From Vulcanimicrobiota bacterium (lineage in GTDB: Bacteria; Vulcanimicrobiota; Vulcanimicrobiia; Vulcanimicrobiales; Vulcanimicrobiaceae), in assembly GCA_964657315.1 (NCBI GenBank), contig CAZZUZ010000001.1, forward strand, positions 1 to 55,762: 55,762 nt of DNA, read 5' to 3'. The notes beneath the pieces are model-generated. The model did not search any database, had not been told where the DNA came from, and saw only the letters and a list, made by a program, of their open reading frames with translations. Each line of letters begins with the position of its first letter. Positions within the stretch are counted from its first letter, which is position 1. The position numbers were made by a program, and so were the translations under genes. Positions 1 through 8,734 of the stretch are shown here, in pieces.

Positions 1-299
1 GGCGTCGCGGTCGGCACCGGAGTCGCGGTCGGGCTGCTCGTCGGTGACGGACTTGCGCAGACGTTGGTGCGGACGAAGCCGCGCTGCTGTTGCGGCGAAA
101 GGGTCGCATACGCGGCGGCCGAGATGATCGTGCCGGCCGGGTAGCCCGGGACCGTGCCGAGCGAATAGTAGGCGATGCAGTTCGTCGTCTGCGCTCGAGC
201 GATCGTCGACGCATCGAACGACGGCTGGATCGCGGGCGCGGCGAGGAACGACAGCGTGAGCGCCGTGACCGCGGCAAGCAAGGCTCGGAAACGGCGCAT
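1..299 (-). CDS. secreted protein, N-terminal part only (gene runs off the left edge); paralogue of 416..796
   Basis: ATG at 299..297 preceded by GAGAGGA. MRRFRALLAAVTALTLSFLAAPA signal-like N-terminus and high GC3. Shares the block LGT(V/I)PGYPAGT...Q(Q/R)RGF with 416..796. Absent from the ORF track because no stop lies in the window. Confidence 0.5.
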   Translation of the reverse strand, partial: MRRFRALLAAVTALTLSFLAAPAIQPSFDASTIARAQTTNCIAYYSLGTVPGYPAGTIISAAAYATLSPQQQRGFVRTNVCASPSPTSSPTATPVPTAT

Positions 300-314
300 G
301 AGCGTCCTCTCGGA

Positions 315-341
315 AACGAAAAAGCCCCGCGGGTGCGAGGC
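315..341 (-). terminator. rho-independent terminator ending the phage tail/cargo transcription unit
   Basis: Minus-strand GCCUCGC-ACCC-GCGGGGC hairpin (7 bp including one G.U) followed by UUUUUCGUUU. Confidence 0.5.
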
Positions 342-415
342 CGGTGAGATGGCGCGGGAACGCGCTGAGGCGAAAAAACTAGCGAAAGTTAGCTCAAACC
401 GCAGCCATACAAGAA

Positions 416-796
416 CTAAACGCGCTTAGGATAAACGCGCCTAAGTGATGTGCTGATTGACGAGCATCCGGTAATGTCCGAGCCAGATTGTAATGGTCCG
501 GCTTGCGAACCACAAAAGCGATCTGCGCTCATTGATATGTTAACGCAATGAGGCAAAATGAATCCGCGTCGTTGACGTTGGTTTAGCTTGTCGTAGCCAA
601 CGCGAGTTATCATTGTACCCGCCGGATAACCAGGAATGGTTCCAAGTGATACCGGAGCCGGACTGCCTTTCCCGCAACAATAGATATTGGACGGATCGGG
701 ATTCGAGCAAATATCATCTTTCAGAGAATACGCTTTCGACGAAGCGCATGCGATTAGGATAAAAAGAGATGCAATCAAGAACGCAACAATTCTCAT
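416..796 (-). CDS. AT-rich putative lipoprotein
   Basis: MRIVAFLIASLFILIAC lipobox-type signal. Visibly AT-richer than its neighbours. Cys-rich mature part. Confidence 0.55.
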   Translation of the reverse strand: MRIVAFLIASLFILIACASSKAYSLKDDICSNPDPSNIYCCGKGSPAPVSLGTIPGYPAGTMITRVGYDKLNQRQRRGFILPHCVNISMSADRFCGSQAGPLQSGSDITGCSSISTSLRRVYPKRV

Positions 797-816
797 GCGC
801 GTGATTGTATCACAAA

Positions 817-1194
817 TTAGCGGGAGACGACCGGCAGCGAGACCGTGCCGACCACGCCCATTGGGGCGCCGCGCGCGTTCTCGGCTTCGATCGCGACGTT
901 CTGCGCGGAAAGAGCCGTGATGACGTACACGACGCCGTTACGCGGCGCTGGAAGGCCGACGAGCACGGGCGACGCTTTCGCGAACGCCGCGCTTCCGCGT
1001 CCGCTCGCGAGCTTCACCGCGAGCGACGAGCAGTGCATCGATCGCGGGACCTGCGCGCACGATCGGAACATCCCGGAGATGAGCGGCTGCGCAGCCGTCG
1101 CACTCGGCGTCGGCGTGCTCTGCGGTTGCGACGATACACCGCCGCCGCACCCCGCGAGCGCGATGAGGCTGGCGAGCGCAAAAGATCTACGCAT
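817..1194 (-). CDS. putative lipoprotein encoded directly after the tail-fibre genes
   Basis: Internal ATG at 1194 gives MRRSFALASLIALAGC (lipobox LAGC). It overlaps the stop of the 50-aa ORF by 8 nt. Confidence 0.6.
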   Translation of the reverse strand: MRRSFALASLIALAGCGGGVSSQPQSTPTPSATAAQPLISGMFRSCAQVPRSMHCSSLAVKLASGRGSAAFAKASPVLVGLPAPRNGVVYVITALSAQNVAIEAENARGAPMGVVGTVSLPVVSR

Positions 1195-1339
1195 CGGGCG
1201 CTCCCTCGGCGGCAACGATCGGGATACGGGCGCGCCGGACCGCGGCGATGAGGAACGGGTCGTAGACGACCTCGCCCATCCGGAGCTTGATCGTCTGGCC
1301 GTTGAGCGTGACCGTGCCGCTACGGCGGAGGCGGTACAT
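1187..1339 (-). CDS. 50-aa protein translationally coupled to the tail fibre gene
   Basis: ATG 1339..1337 shares a base with the fibre TGA (TGATG). Very high GC3. Hidden in the track as the C-terminus of the spurious ORF 1187..1855. Confidence 0.5.
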   Translation of the reverse strand: MYRLRRSGTVTLNGQTIKLRMGEVVYDPFLIAAVRRARIPIVAAEGAPDA

Positions 1340-2763
1340 CACGAATGCGCGGTACCGTTCGTCGTGACGTTGTAGAAAATCGCCGTGCCGGTCGGTGCAT
1401 AGCTTGCGGTCGAGCCAAAGACGATCGCGTGAAAGACGACACTCCCGGCCAAGAAGTTCGAGTCTTGCTGGTCGATGTAGACCTGCTCTTGCTGAGTCGA
1501 ATTCGTATTCACGCCGATATTGGCGGTTGCGGAGACGATCTGATATGGGACCTGGATCGTCGTGTTGCCGTATTGATCCGTCGTCGATTGGCCGCCGATG
1601 ATGTGGCCTGCGCTCACGATCGAAATCGTCTGTCCGCTCTTCGTCACGGTGAGCGAATTGTCGGGGCTCGCGATCGTCGTCGCTCCCACGACGCCGTTGA
1701 GTGAGTTGACGAGGTTGCCCGTGTAGTTCGTGCCGGCGATCGTGCTCGCCGTGACCGTCTGGGCGAAGAAGTTCTTGAGGATCCCGAGGTCGCCCTGAAA
1801 ATCGAAGCACGCGTTCCACGACGTGCCGCTGTACGCGAGCCCGAGCAGGTTGCACGATACGCCGGAGGCGGACTGCGCGCTCGTCGGCATGATCTGCGCG
1901 ACGCCGCCGAGGAGCGCGCCGGGAGCGCCGACCTGCGAGGTGAACGTTTTGGTGCCGCCAACCGTCTGGGCGTTCGCGAGGTCGAGGTAATCGCCGTGCG
2001 GCAGTTCCGCGATCGGGAGTGTGCCGGATGCGGTTTGGGGGACGAAGCCGTAGAATTGCGTCGAGGTCGCCATGGAAACGTTGAGCGTTGAAAGCGACGT
2101 CTGACCGTTTGCGACGAACACGTTTGCAATGGCAACCCAGCCGGCGTCGGCCGCAGGCACGACCGGAATGGCCGTTGTGGCCGTGCCGGTTTTGATCTGG
2201 CAGACCACGATGTCGTTTCGGTCGCGATTCGCTGTCTGCGACACCGTCGTATTCGGCGCCGTTTCGAAAAGTTCGGTTTGCGGCGTGGCGTCAACGGTTT
2301 GGACTTGGCACTCGACAAGATCCTGAATCGATTGCCCGGTTGCGGTCGGGGCCGTGAACGGACCGAGCGCGATCGTAGGCGTCGAAAGAAGTCCTTGAAC
2401 AAACGTTTGGGTCGGATCCGACGAAAGCTGCGTCGCGCCCGAGCCGTACGGGGCACTATCGTCAACGCGGAACTGATAGATCGATCCGAGCGTGTTTGCC
2501 GACGACGGGCCAACCTGCACGTAGAGTCCGGTTGATGGAACGACCGAGATATGAGAAAACGCGCCGTTCGTCGAGCCAAACGTATCGTAAATGAACTGTC
2601 CGAAGCCGAGCCGGATGTCGCGCTGACCTTGCAGCACCCATCCCGACGACAGATTCATGCCGTAATAATCGTTGACGCGGTTCATCGCCGACGCTGGAAC
2701 GACGCCAACGATGAATGCAAGGGCAACAAAAAGAGACGCTCGCAGCGCTCGTAAGATCGTCAT
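1339..2763 (-). CDS. tail fibre protein
   Basis: 474 aa, last large gene of the tail module. Ser/Thr/Gly/Asn/Gln-rich beta-type sequence with a ...ANAQTVGGTKTFTS... fibre-like motif. Hydrophobic signal-like N-terminus. Confidence 0.7.
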   Translation of the reverse strand: MTILRALRASLFVALAFIVGVVPASAMNRVNDYYGMNLSSGWVLQGQRDIRLGFGQFIYDTFGSTNGAFSHISVVPSTGLYVQVGPSSANTLGSIYQFRVDDSAPYGSGATQLSSDPTQTFVQGLLSTPTIALGPFTAPTATGQSIQDLVECQVQTVDATPQTELFETAPNTTVSQTANRDRNDIVVCQIKTGTATTAIPVVPAADAGWVAIANVFVANGQTSLSTLNVSMATSTQFYGFVPQTASGTLPIAELPHGDYLDLANAQTVGGTKTFTSQVGAPGALLGGVAQIMPTSAQSASGVSCNLLGLAYSGTSWNACFDFQGDLGILKNFFAQTVTASTIAGTNYTGNLVNSLNGVVGATTIASPDNSLTVTKSGQTISIVSAGHIIGGQSTTDQYGNTTIQVPYQIVSATANIGVNTNSTQQEQVYIDQQDSNFLAGSVVFHAIVFGSTASYAPTGTAIFYNVTTNGTAHS

Positions 2764-2777
2764 AAGGAAAGCCTTTC

Positions 2778-3803
2778 TTACGAGCTAGAGCCGCGATTGT
2801 CGGCGTAGACGGGTTGATAGCCGCCCGCTTTTACGAGCTGCACCATGTCGTCGAGCCCGCCGTTGGGGGCGCCGATTACGCGAGGCGGATTCGAGCGATT
2901 TGCGTAGACGAGTTCCACGCAAAATTGGTTTGCGACGAGCCCGACCTGCGCGCTCCGAACGGCGTCGCTTTGGATATCGAACGTCGAGATCGTCGGGACC
3001 GTATCGGGCAACGTGCCCACGTCTTGCGAGCCTTGAATGTCTTGGGCTCCGAGAACGTCTTGCGCAAAGTCGAGGCCGCCCGTGCCGCCGGTCGCCGGAG
3101 GTTCGACGTCTTGCTGACCATCGATGTCTTGTGCGCCTTGGATATCTTGTGCAGATGAAATCGGCGCTGCAAGCGAGCCCACCGACGCGAGCCAGGCTTC
3201 GGCAACGAGTGCAATTGCCGCAAGGGTGCACCGCTGAGACGAAAGTAGCGTCGTGATGCGCGCGATGTAGAACGAGTCGAGCTCGCCTGCGTAGCGAACG
3301 ATGTAGAGTCCGAGATAGCGTCGCGCCCACGCATCGACCTGCGTGCCCGAGCACGATCCGAGCCGCATCCCGGCAAGGAGAACGCGCTTCTGCTGATCGA
3401 TCGCCGCAAGCGAGACGCCGAGCCAGCGCGCGAGTAGGTCGACGTTGGCCGGTGACTCGGCAAAGCGTTCAACGGGCCATTCGCGGCGCTGAAGCGCGGC
3501 CCACCCCATGAAGTTTTTCGATGGACTTTCAAACGTCGAGCATTGGATTGTTGTCGGCGAACCGTCCGAATTGGGTTGAATTTCAAGCGAATCCGATGGA
3601 GCCTGGCCTGACTGGCCATCGAAAACGATGACGTACGTCTGTCCGGGGACGAGTGGCAGCGAGCAACCGCCGTTGACATCGGTTACGCCCTGCGTCAAGA
3701 GCGTCGAGGCGAGAATAGGCGTTCCGGATTGCCATACGCGCAGAACGATGCCGGGCGAGACGGGCGAACCGTCGAGGTCGGTAAATGCGATGCGAACCGT
3801 CAT
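2778..3803 (-). CDS. baseplate protein, Mu gp48/XkdU position (DUF2313-like core) with N-terminal beta-sandwich
   Basis: Lies immediately downstream of the J-like gene. N-terminus looks like a CarboxypepD_reg-type domain. Central WAALQRREWP...LARWLGVSL resembles the gp48-family motif. Contains QD(I/V)xG hexapeptide repeats. Confidence 0.5.
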   Translation of the reverse strand: MTVRIAFTDLDGSPVSPGIVLRVWQSGTPILASTLLTQGVTDVNGGCSLPLVPGQTYVIVFDGQSGQAPSDSLEIQPNSDGSPTTIQCSTFESPSKNFMGWAALQRREWPVERFAESPANVDLLARWLGVSLAAIDQQKRVLLAGMRLGSCSGTQVDAWARRYLGLYIVRYAGELDSFYIARITTLLSSQRCTLAAIALVAEAWLASVGSLAAPISSAQDIQGAQDIDGQQDVEPPATGGTGGLDFAQDVLGAQDIQGSQDVGTLPDTVPTISTFDIQSDAVRSAQVGLVANQFCVELVYANRSNPPRVIGAPNGGLDDMVQLVKAGGYQPVYADNRGSSS

Positions 3804-3809
3804 CAGGCG

Positions 3810-5009
3810 TTACTCTTGCGTAACGGCGACACCGCTTGAGACGGCGATCGATCCGTACGGAACCGGAATCGACGCGTAGCCGCCGTTGAGCAAGAGGTCG
3901 TCGATCTGTAAGATGCCGGGTACGAGCAGATTCCCAAGCGTATCGCGCCCGTTGAGCGCGTTGTAGGCGCCCGAAATTGCAACGTAACGCGTTTGAAGAT
4001 TGCCGGGCTTTTGGATTGGCGTCATGCCGACGCCGTTGATGTAGTTCGTAAGCGCAAGCGCGATTGCGGGCTGCAGCGTCGCCCACGGAACGGTACCGTC
4101 CGGCCGGACGAGTGCGGTAGCTTGAACGGGAAGCTGCCCGGGAGCATAGACCGCGAATTGCATCCCCCCAGCGCGGATCGCTTCGACGGCCGTTTGAACG
4201 GCTGCGATCTGTGCGGAGGTTGGCGCGCCGCCCGGTGGGGCGACGAAAATACTCTCCCACCCCAAAAGCGTCGTGCCCGTTTGGGTTAAACAATCGCCGA
4301 CGCTAACGAGAAGGCCCGTTGCGGCTCCAGAAGCTGCAGTAAAGGACGCGACGGCAGTCCCGGTCCCTCCGCCGACGAGCTGCGCTTTGAAGCGGACGCG
4401 AACGCTCGCATCGGACTCGGCGTCGGTGCCGTTCGTGAACGCAGTCGGATTCGTGACCGACTGAAACGCGGGAGCGCCTACCGCGCCGAGTCCGGATATC
4501 GGCTGCGTGATCGTGTTCGGCAACGTGTTGCCGATCGTTCCAACGGTCGTGCAAGAGACCGTGACGCTGATTTCCGTCGTTCCGGCAGGGAATTGATAGC
4601 CGTTCGGACCCTCGTTGCCGTCCGAGACTGGAACGTACTGCAGCCCGTCAGGCGTGCGACCGAAGAGCGTTGCGAAGGGGACCGGGACGGGAACACTCGG
4701 TGCGCTCTGAAGCGAAAGCGAGACAAGTCCGCTCGCTGCGTTGCCACCGCCGCGTTCGATACCATACGGAGCGACGAGCAGATCAAGGTCGGGTCCGGTC
4801 GCGCTATCAACATCAACGACGCTCGCGACGTAATCGACATCGCTCTCGATCGCGAATGCTCCGAAAGCGACCGAATCGAGAATCGCGAGCAGTTGGGAAA
4901 CTGCGTCCGTGCTCCACGGCGTAATTCCGAATTGCTGGCAGTCCGCTTGGTACTGTTGCACCATGAGGGCAACAAGCTGCTGGCGCGAGAGAAAGCCGGG
5001 TAGCGGCAT
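3810..5009 (-). CDS. baseplate J-like protein
   Basis: 399 aa in the J/XkdT/gp47 position between the small wedge protein and the gp48-like protein. Confidence 0.75.
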   Translation of the reverse strand: MPLPGFLSRQQLVALMVQQYQADCQQFGITPWSTDAVSQLLAILDSVAFGAFAIESDVDYVASVVDVDSATGPDLDLLVAPYGIERGGGNAASGLVSLSLQSAPSVPVPVPFATLFGRTPDGLQYVPVSDGNEGPNGYQFPAGTTEISVTVSCTTVGTIGNTLPNTITQPISGLGAVGAPAFQSVTNPTAFTNGTDAESDASVRVRFKAQLVGGGTGTAVASFTAASGAATGLLVSVGDCLTQTGTTLLGWESIFVAPPGGAPTSAQIAAVQTAVEAIRAGGMQFAVYAPGQLPVQATALVRPDGTVPWATLQPAIALALTNYINGVGMTPIQKPGNLQTRYVAISGAYNALNGRDTLGNLLVPGILQIDDLLLNGGYASIPVPYGSIAVSSGVAVTQE

Positions 5010-5017
5010 CGCGCCTC

Positions 5018-5440
5018 CTACGGATACTGAAGCGTAACGACGAACCCCGATACGGTTTTAAAGCTGACAACGAACGCTAGCGGATCTTCGCTCGTAAACG
5101 TCACGGTCGGAGGCGGCTGAGCCACGATGTCATCCATCGTCGCAAGTCCGGTTTTTACGCGCGCGCGAATCTCGCTCGCGACGTTCGTGGGATCGATACT
5201 ATCGACGAGTCGTCGAAGACCTACCCCGATCGTTGGATGAAACGAATCGTCGGGCGCATAGTAGCGTCCGCTCGTCGAATCATACGACCCGGGCGACTGA
5301 TTGAGCAGCACGCTGACCCGCTGAGCCGTTGCCAGCGCGGCGCCAGGAGCATCTTCGACGCCGACAATATCGCCCGTGAGTGGATCAAACGAGATATCAC
5401 CGCCGACCGGGCAAAGCATCTCGGCTCGCGTCGTCGCCAT
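5018..5440 (-). CDS. small baseplate wedge protein (gp25/W/XkdS position)
   Basis: 140 aa directly upstream of the J-like gene. Call rests on synteny. Confidence 0.5.
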   Translation of the reverse strand: MATTRAEMLCPVGGDISFDPLTGDIVGVEDAPGAALATAQRVSVLLNQSPGSYDSTSGRYYAPDDSFHPTIGVGLRRLVDSIDPTNVASEIRARVKTGLATMDDIVAQPPPTVTFTSEDPLAFVVSFKTVSGFVVTLQYP

Positions 5441-5555
5441 TTGCTCTCCGATCTACCGCTTGGGGCCGTAATGCTCGGCCCAGGTCGCGCCGCAACGGCG
5501 ACACGATTCGCCTGCGGAACCGATAAGAAACTGGCAAATGACGCGCGGTGTAGCG

Positions 5556-6350
5556 TTAGTCGTCAGAAACGACGTCGCTCGCCGTCTTGAGCGTTACCGG
5601 CGCGATCTGCGGTGGTGGGACGCCGCTTCCCGATTGAACAATTGCGGCCAACTGCGTGATTGCCGTCTGCGTCGCGGTACGAAGGTCTTGGATCGCTTGA
5701 TTCACGTCGTCGTATGGCGAAATGCCCGACATCGTACCGCCAGGTTTTCCGATCTTGATTTCACTCGACGTCCAGATGATCTTTGGCGCGTTGCCCGCGA
5801 GCCCGATTGTCACGGTGCCGGCTTGATCGTCCGCTACGATACCTGCTTCCGCTGTCGTGAGAATCGTCAGTAACCCACCGGCCAGCACGTTGAGCGCGGC
5901 TTTTCCGTCGCCTTGCGACTTTGCGTCGTTGAGTAGGCGAACGAACGCGTCGATTGCGCCCGGCGTTCCAAGTTGCGGCGAGGACTGCCGGTGAACGAGA
6001 TGGTGCTCGCCCGCAAGTGCGCCGGGTGTATCGTCCGTCCCGTGCTCAAGGATCGCTCGATCGCCCGACGCTCCCTGGATGACGACGACGCGCTCGCCGC
6101 CGCGGGGACCGCTCTGAAATCCGTTTGCGGACGTGAGCAGTTGAATTCGACGCCACACCATCGGCTGCGCGGCCGAATCGTCTTCATCGACTTGTGCGAG
6201 CGATTCGAGATCGACCACGTCCACGACGCCCTCTGTCGGGTCGTAGGTGCCCGGAAGAATAACGCCGTCGAGCGCCTTGCCGTGGCCGCGATCGTGCAAC
6301 GCTTGCGCGACGACGGATTTGACTGCGGAGACGAACGGAGCCGAACTCAT
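5556..6350 (-). CDS. baseplate spike/assembly protein V-like
   Basis: Start moved to the ATG at 6350, which makes an ATGA overlap with the upstream stop. Has an OB-like ...VWRRIQLL...GGERVVVIQGASGD... segment and sits after the gpD-like gene. Confidence 0.45.
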   Translation of the reverse strand: MSSAPFVSAVKSVVAQALHDRGHGKALDGVILPGTYDPTEGVVDVVDLESLAQVDEDDSAAQPMVWRRIQLLTSANGFQSGPRGGERVVVIQGASGDRAILEHGTDDTPGALAGEHHLVHRQSSPQLGTPGAIDAFVRLLNDAKSQGDGKAALNVLAGGLLTILTTAEAGIVADDQAGTVTIGLAGNAPKIIWTSSEIKIGKPGGTMSGISPYDDVNQAIQDLRTATQTAITQLAAIVQSGSGVPPPQIAPVTLKTASDVVSDD

Positions 6351-7765
6351 AACCCGGTCTCCGGCAGCGCGTGATTGACGGCTTCGACGGCGATCGACCA
6401 CCCGGCCGACTCGCCACCTTCGCTTTCACCTTGTGGCATTGAGAGACGATGCTTGATGCTTTGCGCGCGATAGCGCTTCGGTAGCGATCCGGTGCTCGCG
6501 AGGGTGATCGGCGCCTTCGACGTGCTCGAACCGCCGCTCGTCACGTTGCGCGCGGCCGATGTCGAGTTGAACGCCGTCCACGGCACGTTTTCGACATCGA
6601 ATACCGCGAGCCGCGTGAGCGCTTTCACGAACGTAGGTGTTGCCGTCACTTCGAATGTGATTTGATATTCCGCTTGTGATAGTTGATTCCAGAACGTGAG
6701 CCGACGAGAGTTCACATACGCGAGATCGGCGTACGGCAAGCGAAGGATGTAATGCTCCTTGCCGTCGTCTTTCGCAAATCCACCGGCACCGGTTTGTTGA
6801 ACACCACCGGACGACGTTGAGACGACCGACGATACGATATTGCCCTTATCGTCGAGCGTATACGACGACGACCCGTTTCCACCGAAGATCGGATGCGAAA
6901 ACGTGTCGATCACCTTGACGGTCGTTGTCGGTTTACCGTTGACCGTCTTCGTTCGATAATGAACCGAGTGACGACGCTTCGGGTTCGAAATTCGGACATC
7001 GACTTTGATGTTGTTATTGAACTGCGGCGAGTGCTTACCGGAAAACGAATCGAGATCTCGGCCGAAAAGGAACGTCGCACCCGCAGGCGGATTATCATCG
7101 ACCGAAACGTAGTAGAGCGTCGTTCCTTCGCCGTAGACGCGCACGCCGTCGGCTTCAGCGCAACTCTGAACGACGTCCCACACGCGCGCATCGCGCATCC
7201 CGACGACGAGTTCTTTGCCGAATACCTGGGCCATCGTTGCGGCCGTCTCGTCGAGACCTTCGCCAACGACGACCTGAAAGCCGTAGCGCTTGCCGATCGC
7301 GCGGATAAAGTCGGTTGATGTCTGGCCGGAAGCAGTCGTAGTGATTTTTGCAGCCGTGAGAATCGAGATGAACGATCGCGCGGAGAAGGTGACCTCACCC
7401 GCGATCCAATCGGGATCCCAATCGGCGATCACGCCAAGAAACAGTTGATCAAGCTCGGCAATGTTTACGGGCGCGAGCGCGTCTGGATCGGCCGGGAAGC
7501 CAGCGCGGACTTCGATTGTAACCGAGCCATCTTGCGCGAGCGAGTCGCCAAGTTGGACGCTCCAATCTGGCATGTCCGCGAGCGCGACGATCACGGTCGC
7601 GGTATCGGTCTCGCCGTGCGCCCACAAATCCACAGTGACGTCGGTCGGCTCGACCGTGTAGCCACCGATAATCGCGACCCAGCGCGGCGCATAGCTTTCA
7701 GCTCCGCCTTCAAAGACGAGCGGCGCCTGCTCGGCAAAATCTTCAAACTTGAGGTTGCTCGCCAC
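6347..7765 (-). CDS. late-control gpD-like tail/baseplate hub protein
   Basis: 472 aa, two genes downstream of the tape measure. Contains a ...SGQTSTDFIRAIGKRYGFQVVV... motif of the gpD/XkdQ type. Confidence 0.6.
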   Translation of the reverse strand: MASNLKFEDFAEQAPLVFEGGAESYAPRWVAIIGGYTVEPTDVTVDLWAHGETDTATVIVALADMPDWSVQLGDSLAQDGSVTIEVRAGFPADPDALAPVNIAELDQLFLGVIADWDPDWIAGEVTFSARSFISILTAAKITTTASGQTSTDFIRAIGKRYGFQVVVGEGLDETAATMAQVFGKELVVGMRDARVWDVVQSCAEADGVRVYGEGTTLYYVSVDDNPPAGATFLFGRDLDSFSGKHSPQFNNNIKVDVRISNPKRRHSVHYRTKTVNGKPTTTVKVIDTFSHPIFGGNGSSSYTLDDKGNIVSSVVSTSSGGVQQTGAGGFAKDDGKEHYILRLPYADLAYVNSRRLTFWNQLSQAEYQITFEVTATPTFVKALTRLAVFDVENVPWTAFNSTSAARNVTSGGSSTSKAPITLASTGSLPKRYRAQSIKHRLSMPQGESEGGESAGWSIAVEAVNHALPETGL

Positions 7766-8712
7766 TACGCCAAAACCGCCTGCCCGCCGAGCGGCGGAAG
7801 AAGAAGTCTGCGTTGCGAGCCGCGGTCGAGGAAGAGCGCCGAGAGCCCGTTCGCGTCCCGGATCGCACTTGCCGAAACGGTCGGCTCAATACCCGGATAG
7901 TATTGCGCTCCGAGTCTGAGCAACGAGGTCGATGCTCCATCGACAAGGATCGAGGTTGGCGACTGGCCGCGCGTGATATTTGCCGAAAGGACTTGAAGAG
8001 CGCCGAGATGCGAAGTCGCGGGTAGAACAGCCGCCGAGAGAGTCGGCAGTGCGCCTAGGTACGTCTGCACTTTGCCGATCGCCGTACTAATCGTTGACAG
8101 CGCAGAAGCTGAATTCGCCGAACCCGACGCGACCGGTCCCATATTCGCTACCGCTGCGTCGATTTCGCTTTGCGGCGTCAGGGCATCGACCGCAGTCGGA
8201 TCGACGGCGAGGATTTGCGTGTAAGACGCGTTGGCGTTGTCGAGATTCGAAGATACGGCAGAATCGACGCTGGACGCGGACGCCTTGGTTGTGGACGTGA
8301 GGTCGGCTTGAACGCTTACGGCAATATGATAGAGCGCGTGGAGCGAACTCTGCCACGGGACCTGAAAGTCCGAAACAATCACGCTGAACTGCTTGAGTTC
8401 GCCTGTAGCGCGGCGCCAGGTCAGCGTCGTTAGTTCTTGCGAGTCAGCGAGTGCCTGCAGGATTGCGATTTGCGAATCGGCGTTTTCAAAAAGCTCGCCG
8501 TCCCACGCGACGTTTTTTGGTCGCGATCCAAGAACTTGCGTCCGCTTCTTGCCGCCAATTGAGACCTTCTCGACAATCGTCGAGTTGATGCCAAACGCGA
8601 GCTCGAGCGGGGCTTCCTCGATCGCGAACGTGCAACCGCCGATCGTGAGTGGATCGGAACCTGAATACGTCCCTGGGCTTGGCATCGCTTGAAGCGGCAC
8701 GGAAACAGCCAT
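7765..8712 (-). CDS. tail protein in the Mu gp43 / XkdP position
   Basis: 315 aa, first conserved-looking gene after the tape measure. Start/stop overlap with the downstream gene. Call rests on synteny. Confidence 0.4.
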   Translation of the reverse strand: MAVSVPLQAMPSPGTYSGSDPLTIGGCTFAIEEAPLELAFGINSTIVEKVSIGGKKRTQVLGSRPKNVAWDGELFENADSQIAILQALADSQELTTLTWRRATGELKQFSVIVSDFQVPWQSSLHALYHIAVSVQADLTSTTKASASSVDSAVSSNLDNANASYTQILAVDPTAVDALTPQSEIDAAVANMGPVASGSANSASALSTISTAIGKVQTYLGALPTLSAAVLPATSHLGALQVLSANITRGQSPTSILVDGASTSLLRLGAQYYPGIEPTVSASAIRDANGLSALFLDRGSQRRLLLPPLGGQAVLA

Positions 8713-8734
8713 GCGCTACTCCTCAAACGATAGA

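Noticed and set aside
1187-2579. Long Arg/Ser/Pro-rich ORFs overlapping the tail fibre gene (1187..1855, 1644..2579, 1345..1704)
   Set aside because: They are alternate-frame or antisense products typical of high-GC DNA. They have low-complexity basic sequence and overlap a coherent fibre ORF. Only the last 50 codons of 1187..1855 look coding, and those are reported separately.
1339-3803. Diversity-generating retroelement targeting the fibre
   Set aside because: There is no reverse transcriptase gene and no template/variable repeat pair anywhere in the window.
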